From an uncultured delta proteobacterium (GTDB lineage Bacteria > Desulfobacterota > Desulfobacteria > Desulfobacterales > JAHEIW01), in contig CAVPNL010000023.1 of NCBI GenBank assembly GCA_963706575.1, forward strand, positions 1 to 23,411: DNA of 23,411 nucleotides. Reading direction: 5' to 3'. The translations under genes were made by a program, and so were the position numbers. The notes beneath the pieces are model-generated. The model worked only from the letters and a program-made list of their open reading frames with translations, did not search any database and was not told the DNA's origin. This document shows positions 15,758 through 23,411 of this stretch, in pieces; the first letter of the stretch is position 1, and each line of letters starts with the position of its first letter.

Positions 15758-16859
15758 ATGTCTGTGGAACTTAAACAAAACTTAAAGGATCTTCAACAAA
15801 AACTGGTAGACCTGCGGGGCTATCTTTGACCTTGCGGGTAAAGAAAACCGCCTGGCTGAAATCGAACAGGTTATCGCCAAAGATGCATTCTGGGACAATC
15901 CGGAAGAAACCAAACCCATCCTGCAAGAGCGCACGTCACTTTCAAATAAAATTGAAAAATTCAAAAAGCTGACGGACGATCTGGAAGAAAATGAAATTCT
16001 GCTGGATCTGGCAGTTGATGAATCTGATGAAGAAACCCTTGCCGAAGTCACAAAGCAAATTGCCGGCCTGGATCAGAAAATTGCAGCCCTATCGCTGGAG
16101 CTGATGCTCGACGGTGAAGACGATGGTAAAAACGCCATCGTATCCATCAATGCCGGCGCCGGCGGAACCGAAGCCCAGGATTGGGCTGAAATGTTATTTC
16201 GGATGTATACCCGCTGGGTGGAGCGCCGCGGTTATCAAATCGAGCTGATTGATTTCCAGCCCGGAGATGAGGCCGGGATAAAAAGTGTGACCTTCACCGC
16301 CGGCGGCGAAAATGCGTACGGGTATCTAAAATCGGAAATCGGGGTGCACCGCTTGGTCAGAATATCACCGTTCAACGCCAGCGGAAAACGCCATACCTCT
16401 TTTGCGTCCGTATTCGTCTATCCCGAAGTGGACCAGGAAATCGTGGTGGACATTGAAGACAAAGACCTGCGAATCGACGTATTCCGGGCCAGTGGCGCCG
16501 GCGGTCAGCATGTCAACAAAACCAGCAGCGCCGTGCGCATCACCCATCTTCCCAGCGGTATCGTTGTGCAATGCCAGCAGGAAAAATCCCAGCACCGTAA
16601 TAAAGATATGGCTTTAAAGGTATTGAAAGCCCGGCTTTACCAGACTGAAAAACAAAAGCAGGAGGATAAGCTGCAGGAGGTTCACGACGGCAAAGATGAC
16701 ATTGCCTGGGGCAGTCAGATCCGCTCCTATGTCCTGCATCCCTATCAGATGGTAAAGGATCACCGCATCAATATGGATATCGGAAACGTCAATGATGTGC
16801 TGGACGGCGGTATCGATCCATTTATCGAGGGGGTGCTGCTGGCCAAAAAGCACAAATAA
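15758..16859 (+). CDS. prfB: Peptide chain release factor 2, programmed +1 frameshift at codon 23/24
   Basis: AAGGAGGT RBS and ATG 15758; CGG GGC TAT CTT TGA C at 15815-15830; the +1 frame (GAC 15828) is continuous with the track ORF containing SPF and GGQ motifs; about 366 aa. Confidence 0.97.
15815..15830 (+). promoter_or_regulatory. RF2 autoregulatory frameshift site
   Basis: Internal SD-like CGGGG followed by TAT CTT TGA C. Confidence 0.93.
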
Positions 16860-16879
16860 TTTCACTTCGTTCAATGATC

Positions 16880-16902
16880 GTGCGGCCTGTCAGCCGCACT
16901 TT
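16880..16902 (+). terminator. GC hairpin after prfB, possible weak intrinsic terminator
   Basis: gtgcggc-ctgtca-gccgcac followed by only ttt. Confidence 0.35.
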
Positions 16903-16977
16903 AAGAGCGGTCTTTCAGACCTCGAGGAGCGTTGCTTCGGAACTTGAAGCGCTAAAACTAAACTCATCCGAACCAAT

Positions 16978-17040
16978 ATGGCGGCAAAATGCCGCTCCCA
17001 TTCTCAAAATATTATGTGGGAGTGGCTTGCAGCCACGAAT
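16978..17040. repeat. Inverted pair of GTRG-type REP-like palindromes
   Basis: Minus strand ATGGGAGCGGCATTTTGCCGCCAT (16978-17001) and plus strand GTGGGAGTGGCTTGCAGCCACGAAT (17016-17040); the stems covary (GCGGC/GCCGC vs GTGGC/GCCAC). Confidence 0.65.
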
Positions 17041-17100
17041 CAAAAACGCGATCTGCTAAGCGGATAACTTTTTTTCCAAAAAAGCAGCAACGGCCAGCCC

Positions 17101-17172
17101 GTCATGACGTGTCGTTTTCCGCCATGAATTGTCCTCTTAGAGCCATGAAGGGTCGTTTGCCGCCATGAACTG
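17101..17172. repeat. Degenerate tandem repeat of ~20.5-bp period
   Basis: G(T/C)CATGA at 17101, 17121, 17142, 17162; gtcgttttccgccatgaattg vs gtcgtttgccgccatgaactg. Confidence 0.6.
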
Positions 17173-17230
17173 GCAACACACAAAGTCGCCGCAGCGCATA
17201 GTTCATAGCGCATAGCCATTATACAAAAGT

Positions 17231-17270
17231 AAAAAGCCGGACAGATAACAAGCCTGTCCGGCTTTCATTT
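17231..17270 (-). terminator. Intrinsic terminator of nfnAB, probably bidirectional
   Basis: aaagccggacag (17233-17244) / ctgtccggcttt (17254-17265) 12-bp stem with A/T tracts on both sides, between convergent transcription units. Confidence 0.8.
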
Positions 17271-17329
17271 GTTTATTGATTTAGACAAAAAGTGATTGCG
17301 CAAAAGGGTCGTTTCTGAACAGAAACCGA

Positions 17330-18751
17330 CTACCAGCCGAGCGTCAGAAAATCATGCATCGAATTGGCCGCTATTCTCCCGGCGCCCATTGCCAGTATGA
17401 CAGTTGCCGAACCGGTTACAATGTCGCCGCCGGCCCACACCCCTTTTTTGGTGGTTTTGGCAGTCTTGTCATCCACATCGATGTAGCCCCATTTATTTAA
17501 ACTCAAGCCCTCGGTGGATTGGGTCAGGATGGGATTGGCCCCGGTGCCCACAGCCACAATCACCAGATCACACTCCAGTTCAAATTCTGAGCCCTCAATC
17601 GGAACGGGTCGACGCCGCCCGGAGGCATCCGGTTCGCCCAGTTCCATTTTCAGGCATTGCATCCCGATCACGCGGCCTTTATCATCTCCAATAAATTTCG
17701 TTGGCGCCGCCAGAAAAAAGAACTCGACCCCTTCTTCCTCGGCGTGGTGAACTTCTGCGCCCCTTGCCGGCACCTCAGCCCTTGAACGTCGATAAACGAT
17801 GCGGGAGTTCTCCGCGCCCAAACGCAAAGCGGTGCGGGCGGAGTCCATCGCCACATTTCCGGCACCGAGGGTAACCACATTTTTCCCCTTAATAATGGGC
17901 GTATCATACTCAGGGAAGAGGTAAGCCTTCATCAGATTCGAGCGCGTCAGGTATTCATTGGCAGAATAGATGCCGATAAGATTTTTCCCGGGAACATCCA
18001 ACAGGACCGGTAGGCCGGCGCCAACCCCGATAAAAACGGCCTCATATCCTTCCTCAAAAAGCTCTTCGATCGTGACGGTTCTCCCGACCACCTGATTGCA
18101 TTCAACCTTAACACCCAGTCTTTCAAGAAAATTGACTTCCTGCGCCACAATATCTTTCGGGAGCCGAAATTCGGGAATACCATATACCAGCACGCCGCCC
18201 GACTTGTGAAATGCTTCAAAAACCGTTACCTCATGCCCTTTGGCAATCAAATCACCGGCAACGGTCAAGCCGGCTGGCCCGGAACCCACCACGGCCACTT
18301 TTTTGCCGGTGGGATCCGCTTTCGGCGGTAAGGCACCGGTGCCGTTTTCTCTTTCCCAATCGGCGACAAATCGTTCCAGATTGCCGATAGCGACCGGCTC
18401 CCCTTTTTTGCCGACGATACACAGGCCTTCGCACTGGATTTCCTGGGGGCACACCCGTCCGCAAACCGCCGGCAGGCTATTTTTCTGCCAGATATGTCGA
18501 ATGGATTCGGTAAATTTTTCTTCTTTTATCAGTTGGATAAAGCCCGGTATATCAATCTCGACGGGGCAGCCGGCCACACACCCCGGCTTTTTGCATTGCA
18601 GACACCTTTGGGCCTCTTTAATCGCTGTTTCCGGACTATAGCCGAGCGGAACCTCATCAAAATTTTTCGCTCGAACCTTGGGTTCCTGCTCCGCCATGGG
18701 CTGCCGGGGAATCTTTTCTCTTTTCTCTTTTTTCGTCTCTTTTTCCGCCAT
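17330..18751 (-). CDS. nfnB: NADH-dependent reduced ferredoxin:NADP+ oxidoreductase large subunit (GltD-like)
   Basis: RCLQCKKPGCVAGCP, CGRVCPQEIQCE, GSGPAG, YGIPEFRLP, GAGNVAMD, YRRS, AGGDIVTG.ATVILA. Follows nfnA; GGAGGA RBS before ATG 18751. Confidence 0.88.
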   Translation of the reverse strand: MAEKETKKEKREKIPRQPMAEQEPKVRAKNFDEVPLGYSPETAIKEAQRCLQCKKPGCVAGCPVEIDIPGFIQLIKEEKFTESIRHIWQKNSLPAVCGRVCPQEIQCEGLCIVGKKGEPVAIGNLERFVADWERENGTGALPPKADPTGKKVAVVGSGPAGLTVAGDLIAKGHEVTVFEAFHKSGGVLVYGIPEFRLPKDIVAQEVNFLERLGVKVECNQVVGRTVTIEELFEEGYEAVFIGVGAGLPVLLDVPGKNLIGIYSANEYLTRSNLMKAYLFPEYDTPIIKGKNVVTLGAGNVAMDSARTALRLGAENSRIVYRRSRAEVPARGAEVHHAEEEGVEFFFLAAPTKFIGDDKGRVIGMQCLKMELGEPDASGRRRPVPIEGSEFELECDLVIVAVGTGANPILTQSTEGLSLNKWGYIDVDDKTAKTTKKGVWAGGDIVTGSATVILAMGAGRIAANSMHDFLTLGW

Positions 18752-18860
18752 ATTATCCTCCGCAAACAAAATTAAACTTGAGTAATTCAGTCCAACCGAT
18801 GATCGTGTGATTGTGTGATTAGGTGAAAAATTTTGCCTGTCAAAAAATTTTTTCAGAAAT

Positions 18861-19691
18861 TTATGAATCCATTATACAAAATTCTTCATAGCACTGTTTC
18901 TCATTTTCACAATAGGACTGTAAACGGAGCATGAGTTCGTCATAATCTACCTTGTGCCCATCAAATTCAGGCCCGTCAACACAGGCAAACTTGGTCTGCC
19001 CGCCGACGGAGACACGGCATCCGCCGCACATGCCGGTGCCATCCACCATAATCGGATTGAGGCTGACCAGCGTGGGCACATCATATTCTTTGGTCATTAA
19101 GGACACGAATTTCATCATCGGAACCGGTCCGATGGCCACGGCTTGCTGAGTTTCTCCTTTTTCCAGCACCTCCTTTAAGACATCGGTTACGAAACCGTGG
19201 TGTCCGTAAGAGCCGTCGTCGGTACAGACATGCAGTTCATGGGATGCAGCCTTCATGCGATCTTCAAGAATCAGCAGGTCTTTGGTCCGCGCTCCAATAA
19301 TACAGGTCACATGGTTGCCGATTTCCTTCAGTGCCCGGGTGATTGGATGCAACACCGCGATTCCGGTACCGCCACCCACACAGACTACATTGCCGACTTT
19401 TTCAATATGGGTTGCCTTCCCTAAGGGACCGATCACATCCTGATAGCCGTCACCGACCTGCAGGGTCTTAAAAAGCGCGGTCGACTTGCCAACCACCTGA
19501 TAGATGACGGTGACGGTTCCTTTTTCAGCGTCCGTTTCGGCCATGGTCAACGGTATGCGTTCACCGGTTTCATTGGCCTTCAGGATCACAAATTGACCGG
19601 GCTTGGCCTTGCGGGCGATCTTGGGTGCTTCAATATCGTTTAGCACCACAGTTCCATCCGACATCTCTTCTCTTTTCACAATTTTAAACAT
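18861..19691 (-). CDS. nfnA: NADH-dependent reduced ferredoxin:NADP+ oxidoreductase small subunit (PyrK-like)
   Basis: PGQFVI, GERIPLT, GPLG, GGGTG, IGPVPMM, DGTGMCGGCRV...CVDGPEFD [2Fe-2S] motif. GGAGG RBS before ATG 19691 (MFKIV). Confidence 0.88.
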   Translation of the reverse strand: MFKIVKREEMSDGTVVLNDIEAPKIARKAKPGQFVILKANETGERIPLTMAETDAEKGTVTVIYQVVGKSTALFKTLQVGDGYQDVIGPLGKATHIEKVGNVVCVGGGTGIAVLHPITRALKEIGNHVTCIIGARTKDLLILEDRMKAASHELHVCTDDGSYGHHGFVTDVLKEVLEKGETQQAVAIGPVPMMKFVSLMTKEYDVPTLVSLNPIMVDGTGMCGGCRVSVGGQTKFACVDGPEFDGHKVDYDELMLRLQSYCENEKQCYEEFCIMDS

Positions 19692-19905
19692 GGAAAACCT
19701 CCAGACCGTTATTTCGCCGGCGTGATCGTTCACCGACGATTCGGCTAATTCGAGCCGAAGGGAGTTATATTGTCAGAAACAGGGCTTGAAATCAAGGTAA
19801 AATCTTGATCATTTAATGGTTCATTGATATAGCTTTGCGGCTAAACAAGTTGATGTTTGAACCCGAATTGATCGTTCAATATTAAGCCTGTCAGGGAGTC
19901 CATCA

Positions 19906-20685
19906 ATGAAAATATTCGACAGCCACTGTCATCTGGATGATAAGACTTATCGGAAAGATATTGCCCGGGTGATTGAGCGCGCCCATCAAAACGGTGTAGC
20001 GCGAATGATGACGGTGGGGGTAAACAAAAAAACAGCAGTTCGGGCAGTGTCCCTGGCAGAATCCCATTCGGAGCTATATGCCTCGGTGGGATTTCATCCG
20101 CACGATGCCAGCCGGTGCAGTGCAGCGAAACTTGATTTTCTGGTAACAGCGGCTGAAAACCCGAAGGTCAGGGCCTGGGGGGAAATCGGGTTGGATTACA
20201 ACCGCATGTACTCGCCTCGCGAGGATCAGGAAAGATGGTTTATTCGGCAGCTGCAAATTGCCGCTGAACTGAACCTTCCCGTCATTTTCCATGAACGGGA
20301 TACCAATGGACGTTTTCTTGAGATTCTTAAAACCGATTTCAAAAGCGAAAGCGCCGGTGTCGTTCATTGTTTCAGCGGCACGGCACCGGAACTGGAACAT
20401 TATCTTGATCTGGGTCTGTACATCGGGATTACCGGTATCCTGACCCTGAGGACACGAGGCGCGGACCTGTGTGAAATGGTCCGCCAAATTCCAGCGAATC
20501 GAATGGTTGTGGAGACCGATGCGCCCTATCTGACGCCCGCTCCCGAAAAATACCACACGCGCCGCAACGAACCCGCCTTTGTCAAATCAGTCCTGCTGAA
20601 GCTGGCCGAAGTCCGTGAGGAAGATCCCGCTCAGCTGGCGCAGACCATCTGGGACAACACGAACCGATTGTATCGGATCGATTAG
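19906..20685 (+). CDS. tatD: TatD-family metal-dependent hydrolase/DNase
   Basis: DSHCH, GFHPH, GEIGLDY, IFH.R, VVHCF, ETDAPYL, RNEP. Confidence 0.93.
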   Translation: MKIFDSHCHLDDKTYRKDIARVIERAHQNGVARMMTVGVNKKTAVRAVSLAESHSELYASVGFHPHDASRCSAAKLDFLVTAAENPKVRAWGEIGLDYNRMYSPREDQERWFIRQLQIAAELNLPVIFHERDTNGRFLEILKTDFKSESAGVVHCFSGTAPELEHYLDLGLYIGITGILTLRTRGADLCEMVRQIPANRMVVETDAPYLTPAPEKYHTRRNEPAFVKSVLLKLAEVREEDPAQLAQTIWDNTNRLYRID

Positions 20686-20716
20686 CCACATACCACAGAA
20701 AAATAAAGCCAATGTA

Positions 20717-20816
20717 ATTAGCCACGGACCCACACAGACCGATACGGACAGCATTTTTCCTCGGAAGGGTCGTCCGAAAAAAAGTTAGTGTGAGTCCGTG
20801 TGGGTCTGTGGCTAAT
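20717..20816. mobile_element. 100-bp MITE-like element, copy 1
   Basis: Terminal inverted repeats attagccacggacccacacagac / gtccgtgtgggtctgtggctaat built of ~10-bp units; central hairpin tcgga-agggtcg-tccga; 90/100 identical by hand alignment to the reverse complement of 23128-23227. Confidence 0.8.
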
Positions 20817-20851
20817 TTAATAAATTCAAAGAATTCTGCCTAAGCTGTAAT

Positions 20852-22042
20852 TTATTTCTGCATTAAGTGGGAGACAGCTTGCTCGAGGCCGTCGATGGTC
20901 AGCTCAAACATGGGAAATATCTCGCGGATAACGGTAATGGTACGGGTATAGTCCCACATGGAAGCGGATACCGGGTTTAACCACACCGCATGGGGAAATG
21001 TGGCGGCAAGCAATTTAAGGCACTCGATGCTTGGCAGGCCACTGCGATCCTCGAGATGAATGGAACCGTCGGTGGCCATAAGCTCATAGGGCGCCATGCT
21101 GGCATCGCCCACAATAACCAAGCGGGTTTCGGGGCCAAGACGCACAAGTTGATCAATCGGTTGGGGTTTTTTGTATCGCGCCGTGTCTTTCCAGAGCGTG
21201 CCGTAAATGGAGTTGTGAAAAAAATAGGTTTGAACATCCTTAAATTGAGCGCGGGCATAATCGAAGAGGGTCTGCACGATCGGCACATAGGGATCCATGG
21301 ACCAGCCGCCGTTATCAATGGCCAGAATCACCTTCAGCCGATCTTTGAGCGAGCGGTCAAACACGATTTCGATCTCACCGCCGTTTTTCATGGTCTGATA
21401 GATGGTCTCATCAATATTGACCTGATCTTTAGGACCGAAGGGCACCAGGTTGCGCAGTCGCTTTAAGGCTTCACCCATCAGAGCGCTTGTCAGCGGACCG
21501 CTCAGGGAATAATCTTTATATCTCCTATCCATTGCCACCTTAACCGCCGACTTGTTGCCGGAGACCCCTCCCACTCGCATGCCGCCGGGATGGTAGCCCG
21601 AATGACCCACCGGAGAATAACCGCCGGTGCCGATCCACTTGTTCCCTCCGTGATGCGCTTCGTTCTGTTCCTTGAGTCGCTCTTTGAAATATTGGATTAA
21701 CTCCTCCGGGGTCAGTTTCATGAGGGCGGATTCATCCATGCCCAGTATTTCAGCCAGCCCCTCGGGATTCTTCAGCCAGCTCTCCAGCATTATCCGGGCC
21801 ACTTCATCGAGCTCAAGCCCTTCAGGATCCGGCATTTCAGCTCCCTGAAAGCTGTGGGCAAATACCTGATCATAAATATCGAAATAGCGCTCACTTTTAA
21901 CAAGGATGGCGCGCGCAGCCGTATAAAAGTCCTCTAACGAATTCACCAGCCCGCTGCCCAGGGCTTTGTGAAGGGTTAAAAAGGACGTAGGGCTGACCGG
22001 TATCCCGACATCTTTTAATTTGTAGAAAAAATCGACGAACAT
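20852..22042 (-). CDS. VWA-domain (CoxE-like) partner of MoxR ATPase
   Basis: GGNKWIGTGG.SP.GH.G, SAVKV...R.Y.DY, degenerate MIDAS D.GG.SM, YFFHN, VGDASMAPYE, WLNP; adjacent to MoxR. Confidence 0.85.
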   Translation of the reverse strand: MFVDFFYKLKDVGIPVSPTSFLTLHKALGSGLVNSLEDFYTAARAILVKSERYFDIYDQVFAHSFQGAEMPDPEGLELDEVARIMLESWLKNPEGLAEILGMDESALMKLTPEELIQYFKERLKEQNEAHHGGNKWIGTGGYSPVGHSGYHPGGMRVGGVSGNKSAVKVAMDRRYKDYSLSGPLTSALMGEALKRLRNLVPFGPKDQVNIDETIYQTMKNGGEIEIVFDRSLKDRLKVILAIDNGGWSMDPYVPIVQTLFDYARAQFKDVQTYFFHNSIYGTLWKDTARYKKPQPIDQLVRLGPETRLVIVGDASMAPYELMATDGSIHLEDRSGLPSIECLKLLAATFPHAVWLNPVSASMWDYTRTITVIREIFPMFELTIDGLEQAVSHLMQK

Positions 22043-22047
22043 TTTTC

Positions 22048-22176
22048 AAATGAGCTAAAATTTAAAATGCCTAAAATGAGCTAAAATCAGAAGTTCTTTT
22101 CTCGCTCGCTGTTTATAAAATGTTATAATTCCTTAATTTTAGGCATTTTAGATCAATTTAAGCATTTTAGGCATTT
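22048..22176. repeat. Inverted arrays of AAAATGCCT/AAAATGAGCT units
   Basis: aaatgagctaaaatttaaaatgcctaaaatgagctaaaat (22048-22087) and attttaggcattttagatcaatttaagcattttaggcattt (22136-22176). Confidence 0.75.
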
Positions 22177-22247
22177 GTAAACAGCACCCATATTTTGATC
22201 ATTGCCATAGTCTTTTTGATGCTTTTTCCACCGCTATGGGATAGCGT

Positions 22248-23099
22248 CTAATTGGCCCTTCGGCGACCAATCGTGCTTTGGGCCTTATGAAAATCCTGGC
22301 TTTTTTTAAACAGCACACCCAGGTAGGGCAAATCACCCTTTTCCAGTTGTTTGGGGTTAAAATCAGGGTCAGCTTTAAGAGCCCGAATCCAGTTGATCAA
22401 TTCCCGGGTGGCCGGCCGCTTTTCGATATCATTGAAATCCCGCACGCCATAAAAAGCGGTAATCGCAGTTTCCAGCAGGTTGGAATCGATCTGCGGAAAG
22501 TGCACCGTGATAATTTTACGCATCATCTCGGGTTCCGGAAAGGCAATATGGTGAAAATTGCAGCGCCCTAAAAACGGGTCGGAAAGGTCTTTTTTGGCGT
22601 TTGAGGTAATAATAATGACCGGGCGGTGCACTGTCGTAATGGTTTTATCGATTTCAATGATGTCAAATTCCATCTGATCCAGAACATCCAGCATGTCGTC
22701 TTGAAAATCGGTGTCGGCCTTGTCGATTTCATCGATCAGCAGAACCGTGCGAACATCTGAAGTAAACGCCTGCCCGATTTTACCCATCCGGATATAATCT
22801 TCTATGTTGCTGACATCTCGGCTTGAATCGCCAAAGCGGCTGTCGTTGAGCCGGGTCAGGGTGTCGTACTGGTACAGTGCCTCGATCAGCTTCATGCTGG
22901 ATTTAACATTCAGTACGATCAAGGGCATTTTCAGGCTTTCGGCGATCGCATGGGCCAGCATGGTTTTGCCGGTGCCGGGTTCTCCTTTCAGCAGCAGCGG
23001 CATTTCCAGGGCTATTGAAATATTTACGATCTGGGCCAGTTCTTCATCCAGGACGTAGCGGGTCGCACCCGTAAAAGATTCATTCGCATTTTCAGTCAT
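22248..23099 (-). CDS. MoxR-family AAA+ ATPase
   Basis: Walker A GEPGTGKT, LYQYD...RL.DS, Walker B LLIDEIDKAD, IIITSN...L.D.FL.RC; GGAGAGG RBS. Confidence 0.92.
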   Translation of the reverse strand: MTENANESFTGATRYVLDEELAQIVNISIALEMPLLLKGEPGTGKTMLAHAIAESLKMPLIVLNVKSSMKLIEALYQYDTLTRLNDSRFGDSSRDVSNIEDYIRMGKIGQAFTSDVRTVLLIDEIDKADTDFQDDMLDVLDQMEFDIIEIDKTITTVHRPVIIITSNAKKDLSDPFLGRCNFHHIAFPEPEMMRKIITVHFPQIDSNLLETAITAFYGVRDFNDIEKRPATRELINWIRALKADPDFNPKQLEKGDLPYLGVLFKKSQDFHKAQSTIGRRRAN

Positions 23100-23127
23100 T
23101 CGCTACCTCTCCATATTGATTTATTAT

Positions 23128-23227
23128 ATTAGCCACAGACCCACACGGACTCACACTAACTTTTGCTCGGCCGACCCTTCCGAGGAAAGATGTTGTCCGT
23201 GTAAGTCTGTGTGTGTCAGTGGCTAAT
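23128..23227. mobile_element. 100-bp MITE-like element, copy 2 (inverted relative to copy 1)
   Basis: attagccacagacccacacggac ... gtctgtgtgtgtcagtggctaat; ungapped match to copy 1. Confidence 0.8.
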
Positions 23228-23288
23228 CGACCCTATACAATCGGTTCGAATTGTTGCAGATGATCTGTTCCAACTGGTCGGGATCTTC
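23223..23288 (-). pseudogene. Diverged duplicate of the last 22 codons of tatD
   Basis: Reads EDPDQLEQIICNNSNRLYRVD* versus TatD EDPAQLAQTIWDNTNRLYRID*; 54/66 nt identical to 20620-20685 by hand count. Confidence 0.8.
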
Positions 23289-23292
23289 CCTG

Positions 23293-23409
23293 CTACTTTC
23301 GTCGTATCCGCTCCGAAACCTCCCGTGTCAATCTCAACGCCTTAATTGCCAGCCCGGTACTTAACGACCCGGCACCGCAGCTGGGAGTGATCAAAGATTG
23401 GGATATCAG
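23293..23409 (-). CDS. 3' end of a cobalamin-independent methionine synthase (MetE core)-like protein, 5' part outside the window
   Basis: Hand translation LISQSLITPSCGAGSLSTGLAIKALRLTREVSERIRRK*; ITPSCG resembles the C-terminal Zn-ligand Cys motif of this family. Confidence 0.6.
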   Translation of the reverse strand: MISQSLITPSCGAGSLSTGLAIKALRLTREVSERIRRK

Positions 23410-23411
23410 TT

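Noticed and set aside
16104..16859. 251-aa ORF as the complete RF2, or prfB as a pseudogene
   Set aside because: Explained by the canonical programmed frameshift at 15824-15830.
17101..17219. CRISPR array
   Set aside because: Period is ~20 bp with no unique spacers, repeats are degenerate, and there are no cas genes.
17330..18751. Glutamate synthase small subunit (gltD)
   Set aside because: No gltB; pairing with a PyrK-like [2Fe-2S] flavoprotein is the NfnAB arrangement.
20852..23099. CoxD/CoxE maturation factors for the Mo hydroxylase at the left
   Set aside because: 17 kb away, separated by housekeeping genes; MoxR/VWA pairs are widespread and the enzyme is not a CO dehydrogenase.
23223..23288. 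Diversity-generating retroelement TR/VR pair with the tatD 3' end
   Set aside because: The 12 differences are not confined to adenines of either copy and no reverse transcriptase is present.

Overview
Bacterial chromosomal window. Gene content and intergenic repeat style suggest an anaerobic Desulfobacterota/deltaproteobacterium (inference). The left 9 kb is a divergently transcribed catabolic island. On the minus strand are an XRE-cupin regulator and a three-subunit xanthine-dehydrogenase-family molybdenum hydroxylase (L-M-S). On the plus strand are a small Cys/His protein, an enolase paralogue, a MOFRL glycerate-2-kinase-like protein and a LarA-like putative racemase. The enolase, kinase and Mo subunit all carry substitutions in normally conserved active-site motifs, pointing to an undescribed hydroxy-acid pathway. 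The middle holds accessory genes: a frameshifted beta-propeller protein, DUF4019, a HAD hydrolase, a beta-CASP nuclease and an ACT protein, with attC-like and NrdR-box-like signals. The right part holds lnt, prfB (programmed +1 frameshift), nfnAB, tatD, a MoxR/VWA pair and the 3' end of a MetE-like gene. The MoxR/VWA pair is bracketed by inverted ~100-bp elements, and the right one is fused to a diverged copy of the tatD 3' end. Most intergenic spacers contain a small repeat or hairpin element. No rRNA, tRNA, CRISPR array or transposase was seen.
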